From the NCBI GenBank assembly GCA_963693365.1, contig CAVNZM010000005.1:310001-374000 (forward strand): DNA of 64,000 bases, written 5' to 3'. Made by a program: the position numbers and the translations under genes. Under the pieces are notes generated by a model. That model was not told where the DNA came from, made no database searches, and saw only the letters and a program-made list of their open reading frames with translations. Source of the DNA: Amoebidium appalachense. Lineage: Eukaryota; Protista; Ichthyosporea. Shown here in pieces: positions 9,484-64,000 of this stretch. Within the stretch, counting starts at the first letter, position 1, and every line of letters starts with the position of its first letter.

Positions 9484-9744
9484 CTACTGCCTCCTCCCAT
9501 AGGACTCCATGCCATTGACTGCTGCCACCACAGCTGCTGCCCCAGCCACCACCCCCGCAGGGAACACCTTGCCTGTGCGTGCAAACCTCCGACCCATCAT
9601 CACTGCTAGTGCCACAGACAAACCTGTGTGTGTATGTGTCGGCATGAAGGGGGGGGGGGGGGGGGGGGGGAAGGGGAGGGCGAGAAGGAGCGTGCAGAAG
9701 TGAGGTGGTTTAGTGTGTGTGTGTATGTGTGTGTGTGTGTATGT

Positions 9745-9781
<37 letters not shown>

Positions 9782-10076
9782 GGGCAGGGTGGGGTGGAGT
9801 GAAGGGGGGATGGGGGGGGGGGGGGGGGGGGGGGGGAGGGGGGGGGGGAGAGGGGGCATAAGCACATGTGTAGTGTAATGGTGCAGTCAAGGGGAGCAAG
9901 ATGGGCCACATCCCTCAGATATGCATTCCCTGTCATGGGGTATGTGATGAGGGTTGCCGCCGTAGTAGTGTGTTTGCAATTTTTTCGTGTCATCAGTACT
10001 TCTACTACTCTGACCCTTTTCCCTTTCTTTTCTTTCTTTTTCTTTTTTTTTTTTGTCTTTTTCTGGAGGGGGGGGA

Positions 10077-10107
<31 letters not shown>

Positions 10108-10822
10108 GGGGGAAGGGGTTCTGGTTTCAACAGGGAAGAGAAGTACTTAGTGCGGGGATTCTGCAGCCAATTTGTCTGTTCAAGCAAACATGTCGGGTGT
10201 GTGTTGTGGTGTATGTTGTTCAATTGTGTCCGTTTTTTTTTTGTTTTTTTTCACCCTCCCAGGTTTTTTACCTGTGGCGATATCATGGCCTAGCAGCTGG
10301 CCCTGTGTGACCAGGTTGCCGGCATAGAAGTAGACACAGGCCGAGGCCAGGCCGGCCACAAACGAGATCTTGCTGCCCTTGGCCAGCCCCATCGTGCCTG
10401 CAAGGGTTTGAGCACTGGGCAGTGGGCACTGACACATTGCCACCGCCTCATAACCCCCTCCCCCCCCCCCCCCCCTTCCCCTTCCACCTCAAACCTGTTC
10501 CGATCTGCCACTTTCATCCCCATACTCCCTGCACCCTCTCGCTTTCAATCCAAGGTGTGTGTGCCGGTGCGAGCAGATGTGATACCCGGTCATCCCTTTC
10601 ACTACCTTACACAGGTTAACATGGTTGGGGAGCTACAACCAAACAGAACCCAAAGCAGGTGGGCAGTTTTGGGGGGATGATGGGAGGTCCAGGGGGGGTT
10701 GGTGGGTGCATGGGGCGGAGGGGGGGGGGGGGGGGGGGGGGGGGAGGAGGGAGGGGGCTGGGAGGGGTGGGAGAGGGGGGAGGGGGGGAGGGGGGTAGGG
10801 AGACGGGTTTTGAATCGAACAG

Positions 10823-10861
<39 letters not shown>

Positions 10862-11208
10862 CACGTGTGTGCGTGCTTGCGTGTGTTAATTGCGACGGGC
10901 TACCCCAAGCGAGGAGGCGAGGGGAGGGGGGGAGGATGTGTTACATGGTACGTCTATGTGTGTACGTGTATGGCGTGTGTGTGCGTGTTTATCTGCCCAT
11001 GCAGGCATACCCGGCAACAGACCGGCTCTATATGTTTGTGTATAGCCTACGCGCGTGTGTGTGCTGCTTGGTGTGTATTGGCGTGAAGGGGAAGCAGGGG
11101 CCGGGAAAAAAAAAGGGGGGGGGGAGGGGGTTGGGGGGGGGGGGGGCTAGTACCTCCCACGGCCATCAGGCCAGCCATGACGTAGTTAACTTGCTGAAGG
11201 AGTGCCAT
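9484..11208 (-). CDS. TMEM14: TMEM14-family small membrane protein; exons 11208-11154, 10397-10272, 9623-9484
   Basis: In-phase GT-AG splicing gives MALLQQVNYVMAGLMAVGGTMGLAKGSKISFVAGLASACVYFYAG...LAVMMGRRFARTGKVFPAGVVAG..., with family motifs GG.MG..KGS..S..AG and MG.RF..TGK..PAG. Confidence 0.88.
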
Positions 11209-12309
11209 GGTGCCGTTATCTGGGGGAATAGCTATTAGGGCACCAAGAGGTTGGCTGTTTTGAAGTAGAGCCCTTTCTCGAATCCCCCTGTACTCCCGTA
11301 CTCCTGCAGATAAGATCTCTTCCACCCCATCACCTTCGCAATGCCCAAGTCGCCAGGTGCAAACACCAAAAATGCAGGCAGGTGCAAACACCAAAAATGC
11401 AGGCACGCCCACGCGCAAACCACACACACACGCATGTGCACGCAGCACACGCGGGCACGCGCACACACACTTGCACACGTACACACAGACACACACACAC
11501 ACATACACTCACACACACTCTCTCTCACTCACTTACTCTCCCCCTCTCTCTCCCTCCCCCCCCCTCCTAATCTCTGTTTATCAACCTCTCTTTCTATCTC
11601 CAGCTCCAGCTCCACTCAGGGACAAGAGCAACACACACGTGCACGCACACGCTCACACGCTCACACGCAACCAAATGAACACCTGCAAGCATGGCACATG
11701 CACGCACACACACAATCGCAAACACACAGGCACGTGCGCGCTGATGTGCGCTTGCAAGTGCACACGAACACGAACACGAATCCATCCACGAAAATAAGGC
11801 CGGAAGAGTGAAAGGGAAGGACACAGGGAGGGAAGGAAAGAGAAAGGAAGGGGGGCGAGGGGGGGGGGGGGGGGGGGGGGGGGGCACGGAGACAGAACAA
11901 AGGAACTTATATGTAAAGAGAAAAGAAGGGGGGGGAGGGGGGGGGGGGGGGGGGGGGCCACGGAGACAGAACAAAGGAACTTATATGTAAAAAGAAGACT
12001 CCTACTGTACCACTGAGGCGATTAGCAGTATAAAGCACCTAGCACGCACGCACATAAGGTTCCACCCTCACTTACAGGAACTGTCTGGCCACAGGTTGAA
12101 TGCTCACAAGCTCCCAAGGCTTGTTGTCAGACGTTCTGCCACCTGATTTTGGCGGGAAAATAGCGTAAGGTCATTGGATTAGAGCGCATCCATGACCACT
12201 TTTGACTGGCTCTTACTGTACCTCCCCCCCTCCACTCCCCCCCCCCCCCCCCCTCCCCCGCCCCCCCCCCCTTACCCAACAGCTAGAAAAAAAGGCCCAC
12301 AGGCCCACA

Positions 12310-12381
<72 letters not shown>

Positions 12382-13556
12382 CCATATTCATACTCAAACC
12401 CACGCCTGCCTTTGATATCAAGATGTTGCCATTACACCGCGGATGTTCCGCTGATTTCGTTAGCCTACGGTATGAACCAAGGCCTCCTAGATATATAAAC
12501 ATGAGCCCCAAGAAAGAAAACTCATGGTGTGCCAACTCAACAGTACGTACCGCGGCAGGCCTAAATGGATCTCAAATAAGCCGGAACGAGCTAACGAGAC
12601 CACTTATACTTTTAGCTATAGGAAGGCCTAGGTATAGCTTGGCCATGCATACTATACACGGTATGAAGGTTTTTTGACTATCATTAGATGGGACCGGGGT
12701 CTTTATGTGTGGCTATAATCATATGCAGCGGGGGGGGGTTTTTAGATGCGGTGGGCCGTGGGCATGGAGTTTTGCCTTCATTGCTCGTCAGAAACTGTGA
12801 GGCCCATTTCGTTCAGCGCGTCACATCACTGAGCGTTACTGCTGTGGCTCTCTGCAGGTTTTGAGGGCTATTCTACTTTCCTGTGCAAAAAATGCCATTT
12901 TATACTTTTCTTTTATATAATAGGCTGAGTAGGTGGTTGACACTGGTTCCGGTGGGTGTGATGGTAGTTGTGATGAATCTTTGAAGTTCCCGTATTTATT
13001 TTGACCACTCGATATTATGTGGGGTTTCCAAAAACTACGAGTGGGTGCTGTGCATTTCGGGGTATTGTAGTTTGCTCGTTGATACAATTGCGCAAACATA
13101 AATAGCGCATAGTAAGCACCAAATGAGCATGACACGGCAGACCCCCCCCCCCCCCAAAAAAAACCCCCCCCCCCCCCCCCCCCCCCCCCTTCCTTCCCAC
13201 AATAAGGGGGGGGGGGGGGGGGGGGGGGGGAGAAGTGCACATGAGGGAAGAAAAAAAAGGGGTTTGGTCGATCGGGGAGCAGACATGGAAACATGTGCCG
13301 CACATCGGTTGGGAAAAAATTACCATAAAGGGCTTTGTAAATTTTTATTTCGCCGCGGACGTGAAGTTACAACATCCAGGCCAAAAAATCTGTCTGCCAA
13401 ATCCATTTGATTTTGCAATATCACCAACAAACACACATCATCCACTCCGATGCTAAATGTTTCCTCCATACAGCATCCACCACACGCACCTGGTGCAAGA
13501 CACAAATACTACCTAAAATCGCCCAAAAATGTAGTGCTAGTAGTCAGCAACCCCCT

Positions 13557-13810
13557 CTAATAGTTCTTGCTGTCACCATGGCCCATGCCCAGTTTCTCGC
13601 CCATTTTGTGGGCCATGTCAGACATACGGTCACCCATGGTGGGTCCCTGCAGCGAAAAAAGAAACGTCAGGTCACGTGCACATTCGGTACTACTAGCATT
13701 CAACGAGAAAGTTCGATAACAAATCATTTAAAGACGAGAAGGTCAATGAACCCCTGCAAATTCTAAACCAGGCAACTATTTGCAACATTCAGCACAACCC
13801 CCCCCCCTCC

Positions 13811-13841
<31 letters not shown>

Positions 13842-14089
13842 ACAACCCACCCACCTCCTGTGTATGCTCATCAATGCTGCGGTATGCACCGGCCGTGTCT
13901 GCCCCCGTGTCTGCGCCATACTCCCCCGTGGGCACATCCCCCTGGCCCGTGCTGCCGTGCATGCCCATGCGCTCGCCAGCCTGGCGCATGGCATCCCCCA
14001 TGCGGTGCAGCACCCCACCCTGCATGCACCCCACGTCAAGTCTTTCATAAATTCAGGGCACAATTTTTGAAACACAAAATATCGTCTCC

Positions 14090-14120
<31 letters not shown>

Positions 14121-14169
14121 AAAAAAAAAAAAAAACCCCCCACCCCCTCCCCCTAAACCCCCCTCCCCC

Positions 14170-14213
<44 letters not shown>

Positions 14214-14773
14214 AAAAAAAAAAAAGAGGAAAAAAAAAATGACAAGTACCGTATATGTGCACGTATGTACACACAACTTTTATTCAACGATAAAAACACA
14301 CATGCTTCACATTTATCGGAAGAAGGGGTTGGGGTGGGTGGTCTGGTGGTTGGAAAAAAAGAAGGAAAAAAGGGCATACACATGATATGCACACTATGGC
14401 ATGTACACACAACTTGAATTAACGAAACAAATACACTTGTATCAGAAGAAGGGGGTGCACGTGGGGTGAGTAGGTTTTTATGTGGGAGTTTTGTGTACTT
14501 GTGTGTGTGTTTGGGGAGAGGGGAGAGGGGGGGAGGAGGGGGCTAGGAGGTGCAAAAGGTGTGTACCTGGCCGCTTCCACCCATCATCACGTGGCCACCC
14601 AGACCCATGCCGCCTGCACGTGAGCTGGTGTCCTTGGGCTGGTCCTTGTGCATGTGCATGGCCTCCTTCATCTTGTCCGTCATGCTGCGCTCATCCTGTG
14701 CTTGTAACAGCAGGCTGAGTATTGGTTTCTCGGGTCCTTACTTACTTTCGCTGGCACCTATCCCGAACATCAT
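13557..14773 (-). CDS. Small hydrophilic Gly/Met/His-rich dehydrin/LEA-like protein; exons 14773-14746 (uncertain), 14700-14567, 14019-13855, 13646-13557
   Basis: Spliced product ...ERSMTDKMKEAMHMHKD...GGVLHRMGDAMRQAGERMGMHG...GPTMGDRMSDMAHKMGEKLGMGHGDSKNY*. GT-AG junctions are in phase; the first exon or start could differ. Confidence 0.7.
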
Positions 14774-15545
14774 TTTTCGTACTGAGTATCAAGGAAAGTT
14801 TCTTAGTATAGGAAGGTGGGCCCGACACAGTGCCCGGGTGTGTCGAAAGCACACGTCAAAATACCTTTCGTTTGCTATCCTGCACATGACACAGTGTGGT
14901 CGTTTGTCGAGAATAGTTAATATCTATGTTTAGGGTTCAAACGAGTTTGGCCGGTAAACCCCATTTATTAGCACCTCAGGCTATGAAGACTTGGCTTTTT
15001 CGTTTTACCTGTGCTGCATCTATGAATAAAATCTACCGGTCTCCCTTCCCCCGTCCCTCTCTTCTTCCTCCCCCCTCCCCCCCCCCCCGGGCCCCCTCCC
15101 TCCCCCCCCCCCCCCCCAAAAAAAAAAAACAAAAAAAACAAAAAAAAAAAAAAAAAAAAAAAAACAAAAAAAAAAACAGACTCCCAAATTCCCCCAACCC
15201 CAATGCCTTCCAAATAACCATCTTATCCCCACGTCGTCCCTTTCACTTATAGGACTGCTAAGTTGCCCCGTTTCTCAATCATTGAATTAGTAAATTCGTC
15301 CGATTTTAAGACCACAAAGTATTTATCCATTTCTTTCCGTAAGAACAAATACCCACGGCCACCAAAATATAACGCCCCAAAATTACCCCCACCAACCTCT
15401 CGTAACCACCATACCTGGCCGAGGCCTGCTCCGCTGCCCTCAGTGTACGACATGTTTCCGTTTACGATCGGCACTGATCGTTTTTCGGACTTTGTCATCG
15501 ATGTTAGGGGGAAGAGGAGAGAAAAGAGACTGAATGAGCACGATG

Positions 15546-16126
15546 GAATGAGGCATTTATACACCCGCACCCGGGGGAACCAAAGACCTCATTTGCTGAT
15601 GCCGTGCACGGGGCTGCTGGGACATTCCTGCCCAGGATACGTATCGTGGGAGCACACGGTACATGTACAGGGTCACTGCCACAAGCTGAAGTGAATCGGC
15701 TTGCTATCGTGTACCAGAGTCAACCTCTGAACTTCACCAGTAAACACGTTCGTCACTTGCGCAAGCGCTAGCAGTGACAGCGCCAAGAGCTCCTGCCGCT
15801 AGCGCAAGCTCACTCACACGCAGGTGTAGTGTGCCGTGACGTTGGGTCACACCGTATGCAATACAACATGTGCTGGTAGGTGTTATAGGGCGACCATGGC
15901 CAAAGCGGTTGTGTAGTAGATCTATCAGAATAATAAATGTGGAGCAGAGGCAGGATTCGGTCCTGTGACCTCTGTAAGAGACAATCACTTCTACATAGCG
16001 GATCGAGAGTAGAGAGGTCCGCAGGAAGTGGTTTGAGATGAGGCGGGATTATGTACTAGCCAACAGGAAGACAGTTATGGTTCCTGGCGTATCATGGCCC
16101 CAGGCGGTCCCCAAGTACGCGGGGGC
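15546..16126 (+). ncRNA. Candidate structured RNA or structured 5' leader of unknown class
   Basis: About ten consecutive or nested stems with G-U pairs on the + strand and no convincing ORF. Confidence 0.35.
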
Positions 16127-16954
16127 GGGATAGGCGGGAACAGGCTAAGCAACGTGACTGGGAAGAGCAGGAATAAACAGATAGAATATTCTATCATAAC
16201 AAGATCCCGTGCGGAGCTGGATGAAAAACAAGATTAAAAAAAACAACAAATCTGCACAAGCCAGCTGAACATGTGGCGATTTTGTATATCTCGTTTTTTG
16301 AGCTTACAATATGGGATGTGGGAATTTGGCAAACCTGTCACCACACGTGCCCCCAGGGCAGAGGTGCGAGCGCCGGCTGTGGAACGCGGGCGGCCGCAGG
16401 AAGCTGGGGAAAGCTATTGATGCGTTCCGAACCAATACTATACACATTGGGGTTTACGCTGTTTACTCGAGGCAAAGAGAACCAGTCTCAGGTATGGGGG
16501 GGGTTTTGCTCGGAATATCCCCTCAGCGGTATATCATGATCACGTACATAGATGTCGGGTGGTGACTATATATCAGGGTTTACTTTCTCTACGAGACACC
16601 ATAAAGGCTGACCGTGTTTGGAAGAAATGGTTGCGCAAACATGTAATGGTGTGTCATAGTAACCTACCCATTTGAATCCTAATTTCAACCTATTTGCCCC
16701 ATGAAATTTTTTGTTTCATAAGAACAGGGAAATGAAAATTGAGTTATTGCAAGGTGTTTATGCATTACCTAGATGGCTAACCAAATGTTCGCTTGAACAG
16801 CTGCACTGAGAAAGTTTCAGTCACGGAGCTCGCTGCAATTAACCCTAGGCCTACTTCTAGAGTGCAAGCAGGACAAACCATGTTACCAACACGCTACTTA
16901 TTTAGCGTTCTGCCGTAACACACATATCCCTCCAGAGGGGTCGAACACTTTAAA

Positions 16955-62037
<45,083 letters not shown>

Positions 62038-62209
62038 GTACTAAAAAACAACCCCCCCCCCCCCCCCCCCACCCACCCACCCCACCCCCCACCACACACA
62101 CACACACACACACACAAATTCTCCCCCTTTCCCCCTTCCCCCCACCACCACCACCACCACCACCACACACAAACAAACAAGAAAATCCCCCCCCCCCCCC
62201 CCCCCCCCC

Positions 62210-62257
<48 letters not shown>

Positions 62258-62478
62258 CACACCACCACCACCACGTAGGGTTTCGTTGACGAGGTGAATG
62301 GTTCTAAATTAGCGCACGTTAGATCACTTTGCGCATTCTCTCTTTCTCTCTCTCTCCCTCCCCCCCCCCCCCCACCACCACCACCACCACCACCACCACA
62401 TGCATACCCTTTTTCAAAGCTTTGCGCTCTGTGTTGTGTTGTCCATAATTCATGTGTACTTCGTACTCTAAGGCATTC

Positions 62479-62516
<38 letters not shown>

Positions 62517-64000
62517 AAACAACCACCACCACACACCCACACACACATGACCAATGCCACCACCACTCCTGCAGCATGCACAAGTACACCCCCTAGTCTG
62601 ACACGAACACGAGCCGACACAGGCATTATGACACATTATTTTCACACCACGCACAACATAGGATTCATGACTGCAAGCATAGCATGCATGCATAGTGTGT
62701 AGTAGCAGGGTCCCCCGATACGAGCCACTCTTAATGCACCCCTTCTACTCTGTGTCATCGTGCTTGCAGTTTAGGCACCAATCTTGCACAGGCAAGGCTG
62801 GTGCAGCACAGTGTGTTTGTGTGTGTTTGAGGGGTGGATGGTGTTGGTGGTGTTGGGGGGGGTATATACGGTACGGATGTGATGCATGTCATACCTGTAG
62901 TGTTTAAGGGGGAGGGAGGGGGGGGGGGGGGGAGGGGCGGTCGTGGCTTTGTTGGAGAGGGGCGGGGGGGGGGGGGGGGGGGGGGGGAGGAGGCTCTCGC
63001 AAGCAGGTGCACACAGCGCTCTATTCGTTCTGACGGAGACAAACAGGCGGACCTGCATGGCAGCTGCACACCCACCACAACCCAGAAACGACTGCTGTGA
63101 CCACCCAGTTTGGAACGAATGTACTCTGTGAAGTATATGGTCGATCTTAGACGAGGTTTCGGCATAGCTGGACATACCAAACCCGTGTTGTGCATATAAA
63201 GGCCCACCCAGTCGTAGTATGAGCGAATGTATTCCGTATGTCTGGCCCCAAGCTGGTAAAGACTGGTGACGCCTTTTTTTGTTTGTTTGTTCTTTTTTGG
63301 AACCCTCAGGGATGGGGGTATGTGACTAGACTGTCAATCACTCACACGCCACCCGGCCTGTATGTATAAAACACCACACTTGTGTGGCGTCACGTAGAAT
63401 GAACGAGTGATGTGGTCAACGCCCGTGCAGCTGAAGGCTGGACCCCGCCTGCCATCCGGCTACCAAAATAAATATGTCTCCAATAAGAAGGGCCACTGTG
63501 ACATGTCAGAGAAGGGCCACGCAAATTCGGCGCCTCTTATATAAACAAGCCAAAACGACGTACCTGTGCGCAAGAAGCACACCTGCAAGTTCTGGGACAA
63601 CCTGACAGGGGCTTTTCATATGACAACACAATACCTGGCAAAGCCTCTACGGCACCTTCTGCGTCACCGCGTACATGTTGTTTTTTTCTGTACGTACGTG
63701 TGTCAACCTGACCAATGGCGTACGAAGTTTGCACGCAAGTGTTTTCCACTTCTGTACGTACGTCTATCAAACTGACCAATGGAAGTCTTATATTTGCTGT
63801 TTTATTACGGGTTCTGTTGTCCAAAACAATGATAAGACAAGCCTCACAAGTGAGAAAAGCATTATAATTTCCTGCACTGCAGAGTTGAGTTGAAGTGCGG
63901 GACAAAGAATAGCTGTGTGGCTACAGTAAGCCTGTAACGGTTTGATTGGTATATCTCCACTGAGCTTTCATCGAAAGATGAACGTAAACAATGGGGGCTT

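Noticed and set aside
11235-11360. GDLGIAKV resembling a NEK kinase DLG motif on the minus strand
   Set aside because: No other kinase motifs or flanking exons. It appears to lie in a TMEM14 5'UTR intron whose acceptor is at ~11220.
15546-16126. Telomerase RNA, RNase P/MRP or group I intron identity for the structured segment
   Set aside because: A P6.1-like hairpin (gtgac-gttgg-gtcac) is present, but there is no upstream CCCTAA template, no matching P4 CR-I/CR-V pair and no group I P/Q/R/S elements.
16357-16491. Possible additional coding exon upstream of the giant gene
   Set aside because: It has splice-like ends but no convincing protein in any frame; more likely a 5'UTR exon.

Overview
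Eukaryotic, intron-rich genomic DNA, possibly from a unicellular opisthokont such as an ichthyosporean (low-confidence inference from gene content and intron style). Positions 1 to ~8.46 kb are a compact, intronless block that looks like one end of an endogenous Polinton/adintovirus-like DNA virus. It carries a multi-pass 7TM-like ORF running off the left edge (absent from the ORF track), a fibre-like ORF, an rve/DDE integrase, a phage-Dam-type adenine methylase, a Gly-rich membrane ORF, two frameshifted ORFs and an SSB-like gene, then an ATTGGCCGCC array and a terminal hairpin. Host DNA follows: a 3-coding-exon TMEM14 gene (-), a 4-exon dehydrin/LEA-like gene (-), a densely base-paired ~580-nt non-coding segment, and a giant + strand gene of about 74-75 exons (16955 to >62037) encoding a protein of roughly 3,000+ aa with repeated Ig/ASH-like domains. 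Its introns hold poly-C/poly-G and CA/GT tracts, minisatellites, tRNA-His, tRNA-Val, palindromic elements, one GC-AG intron and one candidate U12 intron. Gene models were spliced by eye and no database searches were run.
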